From sequence record NC_049387.1: DNA of 32,118 nt; one strand, written 5' to 3'. Below the pieces are notes generated by a model. The model was not told the origin of the DNA, did no database searches, and worked only from the letters and a program-made list of their open reading frames with translations. Both the position numbers and the translations under genes were made by a program. Positions 1-9,433 of the stretch are shown piece after piece (position 1 is the first letter of the stretch; every line of letters starts with the position of its first letter). Source of the stretch: Peduovirus P24B2.

Positions 1-19
1 GGCGAGGCGGAAAGCACTG
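1..19 (+). other. cos: cos cohesive-end region (P2-type)
   Basis: Window begins GGCGAGGCGGAAAGCAC, close to the P2 19-nt cohesive end as I remember it (GGCGAGGCGGGGAAAGCAC); lies immediately upstream of the leftward Q-P packaging operon as in P2. Recalled from memory, not searched. Confidence 0.45.
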
Positions 20-158
20 CGCGCTGGCGGTGGTGCTGATTTTATTTTTTCAGCGTCTGAGCGCGTCGTGAAGGCGTTTACTTGGCCTGCTGGGGCGTTG
101 GTGTGTCTGCGGGATTTTTTGTGCGGTGATGAGCGTGTGAGGGCGTGATGACGGGGTG

Positions 159-181
159 TAAAAAAGCCGCCCGCAGGCGGC
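159..181 (-). terminator. rho-independent terminator downstream of Q (minus strand)
   Basis: GC stem gccgcc(166-171)/ggcggc(176-181) with 4-nt loop; A-run 160-165 on plus strand gives a U-run on the minus-strand transcript just after the Q stop. Confidence 0.55.
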
Positions 182-186
182 GATGT

Positions 187-1221
187 TCAGTCGTTGTCAG
201 TGTCCAGTGAGTAGTTTTTAAAGCGGATGACTTCCTGACCGAGCCAGCCGTTTATTTCCCGAATCCTGTCCTGTAGCGGGATAAGCTCATTGCGGACAAA
301 GACCTTTGCCACTTTCTCAATATCACCCAGCGACCCGACGTTCTCCGGCTTGCCGCCCATCAACTGAAAGGGGATGCGGTGCGCGTCCAGCAGGTCAGCG
401 GCGCTGGCTTTTTTGATATTAAAAAAATCGTCCTTCGTCGCCACTTCACTGAGGGGGATAATTTTAATGCCGTCGGCTTTCCCCTGTGGGGCATAGAGAA
501 ACAGATTTTTAAAGTTGTTGCGGCCTTTCGACTTCACCATGTTTTCGCGGAGCATTTCGATATCGTTGCGATCCTGCACAGCATCAGTGACGTACATGAT
601 GTATCCGGCATGTGCGCCGTTTTCGTAATACTTGCGGCGGAACAGCGTGGCTGATTCATTCAGCCAGGCAGAGTTAAGGGCGCTGAGATATTCCGGCAGA
701 CCGTACAGCTCCTGATTAATATCCGGCTCCAGCAGGTGAAACACGGAGCCGGGCGCGAAAGGTGTCGGCTCATGGAAGGACGGCACCCACCAGTAAACAT
801 CCTCTTCCACGCCACGGCGGGTATATTTTGCCGGTGAGGTTTCCAGTCTGATGACCTTACCGGTGGTGCTGTAACGCTTTTCCAGAAACGCATTACCAAA
901 TACCAGAAAATCCAGCACAAAGCGGCTGAAATCCTGCTGGGACAGCCACGGGTGCGGGATAAACGTTGAAGCCAGAATATTACGTTTGACGTAAATCGGT
1001 GAGCTGTGATGTACGGCAGCACGCAGGCTTTTTGCCAGACCGGTAAAGCTGACCGGTGGCTCATACCATCTGCCGTTACTGATGCACTCGACGTAATCCA
1101 GAATGTCACGGCGGTCGAGTACCGGCACCGGCTCACCAAAGGTAAATGCCTCCATTTTCGGGGCGCTGGCGGTCATTGTTTTTGCCGCAGGTTGCGGTGT
1201 TTTCCCTTTTTTCTTGCTCAT
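187..1221 (-). CDS. Q: portal protein
   Basis: 344-aa ORF; length, N-terminus MSKKKGKTPQ and position next to cos match P2 gpQ; overlaps P stop by 1 nt (TGATG on minus strand). Confidence 0.9.
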   Translation of the reverse strand: MSKKKGKTPQPAAKTMTASAPKMEAFTFGEPVPVLDRRDILDYVECISNGRWYEPPVSFTGLAKSLRAAVHHSSPIYVKRNILASTFIPHPWLSQQDFSRFVLDFLVFGNAFLEKRYSTTGKVIRLETSPAKYTRRGVEEDVYWWVPSFHEPTPFAPGSVFHLLEPDINQELYGLPEYLSALNSAWLNESATLFRRKYYENGAHAGYIMYVTDAVQDRNDIEMLRENMVKSKGRNNFKNLFLYAPQGKADGIKIIPLSEVATKDDFFNIKKASAADLLDAHRIPFQLMGGKPENVGSLGDIEKVAKVFVRNELIPLQDRIREINGWLGQEVIRFKNYSLDTDND

Positions 1222-2993
1222 CAGTAAAACTCCAGAATGGTGGATGTCAGCGGGGTGCTGATACCGGCGGTGAGTGGCTCATTTAACAGGGCGTGCATGG
1301 TCGCCCAGGCGAGGTCGGCGTGGCTGGCTTCCTCGCTGCGGCTGGCCTCATAGGTGGCGCTGCGTCCGCTGCTGGTCATGGTCTTGCGGATAGCCATGAA
1401 CGAGCTGGTGATGTCGGTGGCGCTGACGTCATATTCCAGACAGCCACGGCGGATAACGTCTTTTGCCTTGAGCACCATTGCGGTTTTCATTTCCGGCGTG
1501 TAGCGGATATCGCGCGCGGCAGGATAGAACGAGCGCACGAGCTGGAACACGCCGACACCGAGGCCGGTGGCATCAATACCGATGTATTCGACGTTATATT
1601 TTTCGGTGAGTTTGCGGATGGATTCAGCCTGGGTGGCAAAGTCCATGCCTTTCCACTGGTGACGCTCAAGTATTCTGAATTTACCTCCGGCCACCACCGG
1701 CGGTGCCAGCACCACGCATCCGGCGCTGTCGCCACGGTGTGACGGGTCGTAACCAATCCATACCGGGCGGGAGCCGAACGGATTGGCGGCAAACGGCGCA
1801 TAGTCTTCCCATTCTTCCAGCGTGTCGACCATGCAGCGTTGCAGCTCCTCGAACGGGAACACCGACGCCTTGTCGTCAACAAATTCACACATGAACAGGT
1901 TTTTAAAATCGTCGGCGCTGTTTTCGCGTTTAAGCTGCTCAATGTCGAAGAGCGTGCAGCCGCCTTTCAGGGCGTCCTCAATGGTGACAATCTGCCGCCA
2001 CTGGCCGTCCGCACAGAGAAGCCCACCGGCAAGGGCGTTATGACTGACGTCGATTTCCACGCGTTCGGCGGCGCTGGCGCGTCCCCGGTTGAACAGTTCA
2101 CCCGACCAGAACGGGTAGGCGTCGTGCGCCAGCGTGGACGGGGTGGAGAAATAGGTCGAGCGCAGGTGACTCTGTGAGGCCATACCTGATGCCACCTTAC
2201 GCAGTACCTGAAAATTCGGGATCCAGAAAATCTCATCGACGTACAGGTCGCCGTTATGGCTCTGTGCGGTGTTGGAGTTGGTGCCGAGAAAAATCAGTTT
2301 TGCGCCATTATTGCCCAGGACAATCGGGTCACCGGTCAGGTCAACGTCAACCAGCCGGGCAAAGGCGATGATGTATTCGCGGAACACATACGCCTGCGTT
2401 TTACTGGCCGACAGAAAAATCTGGTTATGACCGGTTTTCAGGGCGCGCAGCAGCGCCTCGCGGGAAAAATAAAACGTCGCGCCAATCTGGCGGGATTTCA
2501 GGATATCGCGGATGCGGTGCTCAAGCCCGGCGCGATACCAGTGCAACTGATAGTCGAAAGACTGCTCAAAGAAAATCTGCTCCAGCTTTTCGATGGCCTC
2601 GTCACTGAAAAAATTCTTTTTCGGTTTGCGACGCCCGCCTTTGTTGCGGTTAGCGACGTTCGGATTAAGGTCTGCCTCGTTGCCGGTCTGACTGTAGCGG
2701 TTTACCCGTGCCAGTCGTTCAATCTGGCGTCCCAGCAGGTCAATTTCCTTGAAGTCACCGCCGGTTTTCTGCGGTTTGATGATGAGCTGGGTCAGTCGCG
2801 CTTCCAGACTCATTTCGACACGGCTGATGGGGGCAACGCTGTCCCAGCCGTCGCGCTGTTTCCAGCTCTGCACCGTCGGACGTTTCATCTGCAACATGGC
2901 GGCAATCTGCGGCACGGAAAACCCCTGCCAGTACAGCAGCGCCGCCTGACGACGCGGGTCGTGTAAAAGAGTGGTGTCTGTGGTGATGGTCAT
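1221..2993 (-). CDS. P: terminase large (ATPase) subunit
   Basis: ORF 1221..3023; start placed at internal Met (MTITTDTT...) to give about 590 aa as in P2 gpP; upstream of Q in the same leftward operon. Confidence 0.88.
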   Translation of the reverse strand: MTITTDTTLLHDPRRQAALLYWQGFSVPQIAAMLQMKRPTVQSWKQRDGWDSVAPISRVEMSLEARLTQLIIKPQKTGGDFKEIDLLGRQIERLARVNRYSQTGNEADLNPNVANRNKGGRRKPKKNFFSDEAIEKLEQIFFEQSFDYQLHWYRAGLEHRIRDILKSRQIGATFYFSREALLRALKTGHNQIFLSASKTQAYVFREYIIAFARLVDVDLTGDPIVLGNNGAKLIFLGTNSNTAQSHNGDLYVDEIFWIPNFQVLRKVASGMASQSHLRSTYFSTPSTLAHDAYPFWSGELFNRGRASAAERVEIDVSHNALAGGLLCADGQWRQIVTIEDALKGGCTLFDIEQLKRENSADDFKNLFMCEFVDDKASVFPFEELQRCMVDTLEEWEDYAPFAANPFGSRPVWIGYDPSHRGDSAGCVVLAPPVVAGGKFRILERHQWKGMDFATQAESIRKLTEKYNVEYIGIDATGLGVGVFQLVRSFYPAARDIRYTPEMKTAMVLKAKDVIRRGCLEYDVSATDITSSFMAIRKTMTSSGRSATYEASRSEEASHADLAWATMHALLNEPLTAGISTPLTSTILEFY

Positions 2994-3166
2994 GAATACC
3001 TCGCCGTGATGAATACACGGCAAGGCTACTGAGTCGCGCCCCGCGATTCGCTAAGGTGCTGTTGTGTCAGTGATAAGCCATCCGGGACTGATGGCGGAGG
3101 ATGCGCATCGTCGGGAAACTGATGCCGACATGTGACTCCTCTAATCACTATTCAGGACTCCTGACA

Positions 3167-4021
3167 ATGGCAAAAAAAGTCTCAAAATTCTTTCGTATCG
3201 GCGTTGAGGGTGACACCTGTGACGGGCGTGTCATCAGTGCGCAGGATATTCAGGAAATGGCCGAAACCTTTGACCCGCGAGTCTATGGTTGCCGCATTAA
3301 CCTGGAACATCTGCGCGGCATCCTGCCTGACGGTATTTTTAAGCGTTATGGCGATGTGGCCGAACTGAAGGCCGAAAAGATTGACGATGATTCGGCGCTG
3401 AAAGGCAAATGGGCGCTGTTTGCGAAAATCACCCCGACCGATGACCTTATCGCGATGAACAAGGCCGCGCAGAAGGTCTACACCTCAATGGAAATTCAGC
3501 CGAACTTTGCCAACACCGGCAAATGTTATCTGGTGGGTCTGGCCGTCACCGATGACCCGGCAAGCCTCGGCACGGAATACCTGGAATTCTGCCGCACGGC
3601 AAAACACAACCCCCTGAACCGCTTCAAATTAAGCCCTGAAAACCTGATTTCAGTGGCAACGCCTGTTGAGCTGGAATTTGAAGACCTGCCTGAAACCGTG
3701 TTCACCGCCCTGACCGAAAAGGTGAAATCCATTTTTGGCCGCAAACAGGCCAGCGATGACGCCCGTCTGAATGACGTGCATGAAGCGGTGACCGCTGTTG
3801 CTGAACATGTGCAGGAAAAACTGAGCGCCACTGAGCAGCGCCTCGCTGAGATGGAAAACGCCTTTTCCGCACTTAAGCAGGAGGTGACTGACAGGGCGGA
3901 TGAAACCAGCCAGGCATTCAGCCGCCTGAAAAACAGTCTCGACCACACCGAAAGTCTGACCCAGCAGCGCCGCAGCAAGGCCACCGGTGGTGGCGGTGAC
4001 GCCCTGATGACGAACTGCTGA
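3167..4021 (+). CDS. O: capsid scaffolding protein
   Basis: ORF 3101..4021; start placed at MAKKVSKFF (284 aa, P2 gpO length); divergent from P across a short intergenic region. Confidence 0.88.
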   Translation: MAKKVSKFFRIGVEGDTCDGRVISAQDIQEMAETFDPRVYGCRINLEHLRGILPDGIFKRYGDVAELKAEKIDDDSALKGKWALFAKITPTDDLIAMNKAAQKVYTSMEIQPNFANTGKCYLVGLAVTDDPASLGTEYLEFCRTAKHNPLNRFKLSPENLISVATPVELEFEDLPETVFTALTEKVKSIFGRKQASDDARLNDVHEAVTAVAEHVQEKLSATEQRLAEMENAFSALKQEVTDRADETSQAFSRLKNSLDHTESLTQQRRSKATGGGGDALMTNC

Positions 4022-4079
4022 CCGGCGTCAGTCAGTCCGGGAAAACCTTCACGATTAACCCTTAATTTCAGGAAAAACT

Positions 4080-5153
4080 ATGCGCCAGGAAACCCGCTTT
4101 AAATTTAATGCTTACCTGTCCCGTGTTGCCGAACTGAACGGCATCGACGCCGGTGATGTGTCGAAAAAATTCACCGTTGAACCGTCGGTCACCCAGACCC
4201 TGATGAGCACCATGCAGGAGTCCTCTGACTTTCTGACCCGCATCAATATTGTGCCGGTCAGCGAAATGAAAGGGGAAAAAATTGGCATCGGTGTCACCGG
4301 CTCCATCGCCAGCACCACCGACACCGCCGGTGGCACCGAGCGTCAGCCGAAGGACTTCTCGAAGCTGGCGTCAAACAAGTACGAATGCGACCAGATTAAC
4401 TTCGATTTTTATATCCGCTACAAAACGCTGGACCTGTGGGCGCGTTATCAGGATTTCCAGCTCCGTATCCGTAACGCCATTATCAAACGCCAGTCCCTTG
4501 ATTTCATCATGGCCGGTTTTAACGGTGTGAAGCGTGCAGAAACCTCTGACCGCAGCAGCAATCCGATGCTGCAGGATGTGGCGGTCGGCTGGCTGCAGAA
4601 ATACCGCAATGAAGCCCCGGCGCGCGTGATGAGCAAGGTTACTGACGAGGAAGGTCACACGACCTCTGAGGTCATCCGCGTGGGTAAGGGCGGTGATTAT
4701 GCCAGCCTCGATGCACTGGTGATGGATGCGACCAACAACCTGATTGAGCCGTGGTATCAGGAAGACCCTGACCTTGTGGTGATTGTGGGGCGTCAGCTAC
4801 TGGCGGACAAGTATTTCCCCATCGTTAACAAGGAGCAGGACAACAGCGAGATGCTGGCCGCTGACGTCATCATCAGCCAGAAACGCATCGGTAACCTGCC
4901 GGCGGTACGCGTCCCGTACTTCCCGGCGGATGCGATGCTCATCACGAAGCTGGAAAACCTGTCCATCTACTACATGGATGACAGCCATCGCCGCGTGATT
5001 GAGGAAAATCCGAAACTCGACCGCGTGGAGAACTACGAGTCAATGAACATTGATTACGTGGTGGAAGACTACGCCGCCGGTTGTCTGGTGGAAAAAATTA
5101 AGGTCGGTGATTTCTCCACACCGGCTAAGGCGACCGCAGAGCCGGGAGCGTAA
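4080..5153 (+). CDS. N: major capsid protein
   Basis: 357-aa ORF, P2 gpN length and N-terminus MRQETRFKFNAYLSRVAELNG; follows O. Confidence 0.92.
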   Translation: MRQETRFKFNAYLSRVAELNGIDAGDVSKKFTVEPSVTQTLMSTMQESSDFLTRINIVPVSEMKGEKIGIGVTGSIASTTDTAGGTERQPKDFSKLASNKYECDQINFDFYIRYKTLDLWARYQDFQLRIRNAIIKRQSLDFIMAGFNGVKRAETSDRSSNPMLQDVAVGWLQKYRNEAPARVMSKVTDEEGHTTSEVIRVGKGGDYASLDALVMDATNNLIEPWYQEDPDLVVIVGRQLLADKYFPIVNKEQDNSEMLAADVIISQKRIGNLPAVRVPYFPADAMLITKLENLSIYYMDDSHRRVIEENPKLDRVENYESMNIDYVVEDYAAGCLVEKIKVGDFSTPAKATAEPGA

Positions 5154-5156
5154 CCG

Positions 5157-5900
5157 ATGACGAGTCCCGCACAGCGCCACATGATGCGGGTCTCGGCAGC
5201 GATAACCGCGCAGCGGGAAGCCGCCCCGCTGCGACATGCAACTGTCTATGAGCAGATGCTGGTTAAGCTGGCCGCAGACCAGCGCACACTGAAAGCGATT
5301 TATTCAAAAGAGCTGAAGGCCGCGAAAAAACGCGAACTGCTGCCGTTCTGGTTGCCGTGGGTGAACGGCGTGCTGGACCAGGGCAAAGGTGCACAGGATG
5401 ACATTCTGATGACGGTCATGCTGTGGCGTCTGGATACCGGCGATATTGCCGGTGCGCTGGAGATTGCCCGTTATGCCCTGAAGTACGGTCTGACCATGCC
5501 GGGTAAACACCGACGCACCCCGCCGTACATGTTCACCGAGGAGGTGGCGCTCGCGGCCATGCGCGCTCACGCTGCCGGTGAGTCTGTGGATACCCGCCTG
5601 CTGACGGAGACCCTTGAACTGACCGCCACGGCTGACATGCCTGATGAAGTGCGCGCAAAGCTGCACAAAATCACCGGTCTGTTTCTGCGTGACGCTGGTG
5701 ATGCCGCAGGTGCGCTGGCGCACCTGCAACGTGCGACACAGCTCGACTGTCAGGCAGGCGTCAAAAAAGAGATTGAACGACTGGAGCGGGAACTGAAACC
5801 GAAGCCGGAGCCACAGCCAAAAGCGGCCACCCGCGCCCCGCGTAAGACCCGGAGTGCGACACCGGCAAAACGTGGACGCCCGAAAAAGAAAGCCAGTTAA
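5157..5900 (+). CDS. M: terminase small (endonuclease) subunit
   Basis: 247-aa ORF; P2 gpM length and position after N; basic Lys/Arg/Pro-rich C-terminal tail. Confidence 0.88.
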   Translation: MTSPAQRHMMRVSAAITAQREAAPLRHATVYEQMLVKLAADQRTLKAIYSKELKAAKKRELLPFWLPWVNGVLDQGKGAQDDILMTVMLWRLDTGDIAGALEIARYALKYGLTMPGKHRRTPPYMFTEEVALAAMRAHAAGESVDTRLLTETLELTATADMPDEVRAKLHKITGLFLRDAGDAAGALAHLQRATQLDCQAGVKKEIERLERELKPKPEPQPKAATRAPRKTRSATPAKRGRPKKKAS

Positions 5901-5999
5901 CAACCGAATGCGCCCCGCGCCAGGGCGGCACGCCGGTCAGTGAGGGTGAATCACCTGACACTGCACCGGCGTCCACCGCCCGACTTTTCAGAGGTAGTC

Positions 6000-6509
6000 A
6001 TGATGACGCTGATTATTCCGCGAAAGGAGGCTCCCGTGTCCGGTGAGGGTACGGTGGTCATCCCGCAACCGGCAGGCGACGAGCCGGTGATTAAAAACAC
6101 GTTCTTTTTTCCCGATATCGACCCGAAGCGCGTCCGGGAACGTATGCGCCTTGAGCAGACCGTCGCCCCCGCCCGTCTGCGTGAGGCCATCAAGTCAGGC
6201 ATGGCGGAGACGAATGCGGAGCTGTACGAGTACCGCGAACAGAAAATTGCCGCCGGTTTTACGCGTCTGGCGGACGTTCCGGCGGACGACATCGACGGTG
6301 AAAGCATCAAAGTTTTTTACTACGAGCGCGCCGTGTGTGCGATGGCGACCGCGTCGCTTTATGAGCGTTATCGCGGCGTGGATGCCAGTGCGAAAGGCGA
6401 CAAGAAGGCCGACAGCATTGACAGCACCATTGATGAGCTGTGGCGGGATATGCGCTGGGCAGTGGCGCGCATCCAGGGCAAGCCGCGCTGCATCGTGAGT
6501 CAAATCTGA
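6000..6509 (+). CDS. L: head completion/stabilization protein
   Basis: ORF 5940..6509; start placed at MMTLIIPRKEAP (169 aa as P2 gpL); stop overlaps the X start (ATGA). Confidence 0.85.
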   Translation: MMTLIIPRKEAPVSGEGTVVIPQPAGDEPVIKNTFFFPDIDPKRVRERMRLEQTVAPARLREAIKSGMAETNAELYEYREQKIAAGFTRLADVPADDIDGESIKVFYYERAVCAMATASLYERYRGVDASAKGDKKADSIDSTIDELWRDMRWAVARIQGKPRCIVSQI

Positions 6510-6712
6510 TGAAGACCTTTGCGCTACAGGGCGACACGCTCGACGCCATTTGTGTCCGGTATTACGGGCGCACTGAGGGCGTGGTTGAGACCGTGCTCGC
6601 CGCAAATCCGGGACTGGCTGAACTGGGTGCGGTGCTGCCACACGGCACCGCCGTCGAACTGCCCGACGTTCAGACCGCGCCCGTGGCTGAAACTGTCAAT
6701 CTGTGGGAGTAA
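6509..6712 (+). CDS. X: tail protein X
   Basis: 67-aa product MKTFALQGDTLDAICVRYYG... inside ORF 6440..6712; P2 gpX-like size and position. Confidence 0.8.
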   Translation: MKTFALQGDTLDAICVRYYGRTEGVVETVLAANPGLAELGAVLPHGTAVELPDVQTAPVAETVNLWE

Positions 6713-6715
6713 CGC

Positions 6716-6997
6716 ATGACAGCAGAAGAAAAAAGCGTCCTGTCGCTTTTCATGATTGGGGTGCTGATTGTTGTCGGCAAGGTGCTTGCCGGTGGTGAAC
6801 CCATCACCCCGCGTCTGTTTATCGGGCGCATGTTGCTCGGTGGTTTTGTCTCGATGGTTGCCGGTGTTGTTCTGGTGCAGTTTCCTGACCTGTCACTGCC
6901 TGCGGTGTGCGGCATCGGCTCCATGCTGGGTATCGCCGGTTATCAGGTGATTGAGATTGCCATTCAGCGCCGCTTTAAGGGCAGGGGGAAACCGTAA
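6716..6997 (+). CDS. Y: holin
   Basis: 93-aa ORF with hydrophobic transmembrane segments and charged C-terminus (RRFKGRGKP); first gene of the lysis cassette as P2 gpY. Confidence 0.85.
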   Translation: MTAEEKSVLSLFMIGVLIVVGKVLAGGEPITPRLFIGRMLLGGFVSMVAGVVLVQFPDLSLPAVCGIGSMLGIAGYQVIEIAIQRRFKGRGKP

Positions 6998-7494
6998 TGC
7001 CGGTCATTAACACGCATCAGAATATCGCCGCCTTTCTCGACATGCTGGCCGTGTCCGAAGGGACGGCAAACCATCCGCTGACGAAAAACCGGGGCTATGA
7101 CGTGATAGTCACCGGACTGGACGGGAAGCCGGAAATTTTCACCGACTACAGTGACCACCCGTTCGCGCATGGCCGACCGGCGAAGGTGTTTAACCGTCGC
7201 GGTGAAAAGTCCACGGCATCCGGTCGCTATCAGCAGCTTTACCTGTTCTGGCCGCACTACCGCAAACAGCTTGCCCTGCCGGATTTCAGTCCGTTGTCAC
7301 AGGACAGGCTCGCCATTCAGTTGATCCGCGAACGCGGTGCACTGGATGACATCCGGGCGGGACGCATTGAGCGCGCCATTTCACGCTGTCGCAATATCTG
7401 GGCGTCCCTGCCGGGTGCCGGTTACGGTCAGCGTGAGCATTCACTGGAAAAACTGGTCACCGTCTGGCGTACCGCCGGCGGCGTACCGGCTTAA
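6997..7494 (+). CDS. K: endolysin (phage lysozyme)
   Basis: 165-aa ORF immediately after the holin; matches P2 gpK in length and position. Confidence 0.88.
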   Translation: MPVINTHQNIAAFLDMLAVSEGTANHPLTKNRGYDVIVTGLDGKPEIFTDYSDHPFAHGRPAKVFNRRGEKSTASGRYQQLYLFWPHYRKQLALPDFSPLSQDRLAIQLIRERGALDDIRAGRIERAISRCRNIWASLPGAGYGQREHSLEKLVTVWRTAGGVPA

Positions 7495-7508
7495 ACGGAG
7501 TCAACACC

Positions 7509-7934
7509 ATGAAGAAATTATCCCTTTCACTGATGCTGAACGTGTCGCTGGCGCTGATGCTGGCACTGTCCCTGATTTACCCGCAGAGCGTGGCCGTCAG
7601 TTTTGTCGCCACCTGGGCGATTCTGGCGACGGTTATCTGTGTGGTTGCCGGTGGTGTCGGCGTGTATGCCACGGAGTATGTGCTGGAACGCTACGGGCGG
7701 GAGCTGCCGCCGGAATCGCTGGCCGTGAAGATTGTCACGTCGCTGTTTTTGCAGCCGGTGCCGTGGCGCAGACGGGCGGCGGCTCTGGTGGTGATGGTGG
7801 CGACATTTATCTCGCTGGTCGCCGCCGGATGGATTTTTACCGCGCTGATTTATCTTGTGGCGTCACTGTTTTTCCGGCTGATACGTAAAGCCTGTCGTCA
7901 GCGTCTTGAGGGGCGGGAATTATGTCAAAGCTGA
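7509..7934 (+). CDS. lysA: lysis regulator LysA (multi-pass membrane protein)
   Basis: 141-aa hydrophobic ORF after K; P2 LysA size and position. Confidence 0.8.
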   Translation: MKKLSLSLMLNVSLALMLALSLIYPQSVAVSFVATWAILATVICVVAGGVGVYATEYVLERYGRELPPESLAVKIVTSLFLQPVPWRRRAAALVVMVATFISLVAAGWIFTALIYLVASLFFRLIRKACRQRLEGRELCQS

Positions 7935-8347
7935 TGACTGTGCTGGTCGTGTTGTTATCGCTGGCGGTGGCGGGGCTGTTTCTGGCGAAGCATGAAAACG
8001 CCAGCCTGCGCGCCTCGCTGGACAGGGCGAACAACGTCGCCAGCGGGCAGCAGACGACCATCACCATGCTGAAAAATCAGCTTCATGTTGCCCTCACCAG
8101 AGCAGACAAAAACGAGCTGGCGCAGGTGGTACTGCGTCAGGAACTGGAGAACGCCGCGAAGCGTGAAGCACAGCGCGAGAAAACCATCACGAGGTTACTT
8201 AATGAAAACGAAGATTTTCGCCGCTGGTACGGCGCTGACCTGCCTGATGCTGTGCGCCGGTTGCACCAGCGCCCGGCCTGCACCGACGCCAGTGATTGTC
8301 GCCAACGCCTGCCCGAAAGTGAGCCTTTGCCCGATGCCGGGCAGTGA
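7922..8347 (+). CDS. lysB: Rz-like inner-membrane spanin LysB
   Basis: 141 aa; N-terminal transmembrane helix (LMTVLVVLLSLAVAGLFL) then charged coiled-coil-like periplasmic region; P2 LysB equivalent. Confidence 0.8.
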   Translation: MSKLMTVLVVLLSLAVAGLFLAKHENASLRASLDRANNVASGQQTTITMLKNQLHVALTRADKNELAQVVLRQELENAAKREAQREKTITRLLNENEDFRRWYGADLPDAVRRLHQRPACTDASDCRQRLPESEPLPDAGQ

Positions 8348-8492
8348 CCCGCAGAAGAACGGCGATTTAAGTGCCGATATCCGGCTGCTTGAGAACGCGC
8401 TGGCACGCTGTGCCAGCCAGGTAAAAATGATTAAACACTGTCAGGACGAAAACGATGCTCAAACCCGACAGCCTGCGCAGGGCGCTGACTGA
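8202..8492 (+). CDS. lysC: Rz1-like outer-membrane lipoprotein spanin LysC (embedded in lysB, +1 frame)
   Basis: 96-aa product MKTKIFAAGTALTCLMLCAGC... with lipobox LCAGC; starts inside lysB in a different frame and extends beyond it, as P2 lysC. Confidence 0.75.
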   Translation: MKTKIFAAGTALTCLMLCAGCTSARPAPTPVIVANACPKVSLCPMPGSDPQKNGDLSADIRLLENALARCASQVKMIKHCQDENDAQTRQPAQGAD

Positions 8493-8922
8493 TGCCGTCA
8501 CGGTGCTGAAAACCAGTCCCGAGATGCTGCGGATATTCGTGGATAACGGGAGTATTGCCTCCACGCTGGCGACGTCGCTGTCATTCGAAAAGCGTTACAC
8601 GCTCAATGTCATTGTGACCGACTTTACCGGTGATTTTGACCTGCTCATCGTGCCGGTGCTGGCGTGGCTGCGGGAAAATCAGCCCGACATCATGACCACC
8701 GACGAAGGCCAGAAAAAGGGCTTCACGTTTTATGCGGACATCAACAATGACAGCAGCTTTGATATCAGCATCAGCCTGATGCTGACCGAGCGCACGCTGG
8801 TCAGTGAGGTGGACGGCGCACTGCATGTGAAGAATATCCCGGAACCTCCGCCGCCGGAGCCGGTCATCCGCCCGATGGAGCTTTATATCAATGGCGAACT
8901 GGTGAGCAAGTGGGATGAATGA
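8455..8922 (+). CDS. R: tail completion protein R
   Basis: 155-aa ORF; size and order match P2 gpR. Confidence 0.85.
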   Translation: MLKPDSLRRALTDAVTVLKTSPEMLRIFVDNGSIASTLATSLSFEKRYTLNVIVTDFTGDFDLLIVPVLAWLRENQPDIMTTDEGQKKGFTFYADINNDSSFDISISLMLTERTLVSEVDGALHVKNIPEPPPPEPVIRPMELYINGELVSKWDE

Positions 8923-9367
8923 GTTTAAGCGTTTTGAAGACCGGCTGACCGGGCTGATTGAATCACTGTCACCATCAGGGCGTCGGCGACTGAGCACCGA
9001 ACTGGCGAAACATCTGCGGCAGAGTCAGCAGCGCCGGGTGATGGCACAGAAAGCCCCGGACGGCACACCCTACGCACCACGCCAGCAGCAGAGCGCCAGA
9101 AAAAAGACCGGTCGCGTTAAGCGAAAAATGTTTGCGAAACTTATTACCAGTCGTTTTTTGCATATCCGTGCCAGCCCGGAGCAGGCATCAATGGAATTTT
9201 ACGGCGGGAAGTCGCCGAAAATCGCCAGTGTGCATCAGTTTGGTCTGTCGGAAGAAAACCGGAAAGACGGTAAGAAAATTGATTATCCGGCGCGTCCTCT
9301 GCTCGGCTTTACCGGTGAGGATGTGCAGATGATTGAAGAGATTATCCTGGCTCACCTCGACCGTTAG
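8915..9367 (+). CDS. S: tail completion protein S
   Basis: 150-aa ORF overlapping the R 3' end; P2 gpS equivalent. Confidence 0.85.
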   Translation: MNEFKRFEDRLTGLIESLSPSGRRRLSTELAKHLRQSQQRRVMAQKAPDGTPYAPRQQQSARKKTGRVKRKMFAKLITSRFLHIRASPEQASMEFYGGKSPKIASVHQFGLSEENRKDGKKIDYPARPLLGFTGEDVQMIEEIILAHLDR

Positions 9368-9433
9368 TTGTGCCATTCCTGACACCTCATCGTCACATTG
9401 CCGCCGGTATGACCCGGCGGCATCCTTCCCGTT

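Noticed and set aside
379-1227. Plus-strand ORFs 379..654 and 1006..1227 and minus-strand ORF 660..1139 inside or antisense to the portal gene Q
   Set aside because: They lie wholly within the well-supported Q coding region in alternative frames; typical shadow ORFs of GC-rich coding sequence, with no independent start or RBS signal.
1293-3018. Multiple ORFs (for example 2256..2966 plus, 236 aa; 1487..1942 minus) overlapping the terminase gene P
   Set aside because: Antisense or alternative-frame ORFs inside a conserved 590-aa terminase gene; Arg/Ala/Gly-rich compositions typical of spurious frames.
3024-3166. Ogr-dependent late promoter elements (TGT-N12-ACA dyads) in the P/O divergent region and upstream of V and FI
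   Set aside because: Late promoters are expected here, but I could not find an unambiguous TGT-N12-ACA dyad by eye (only near matches such as TGT-N12-ACC near 9372-9389); not reported as features without a proper motif scan.
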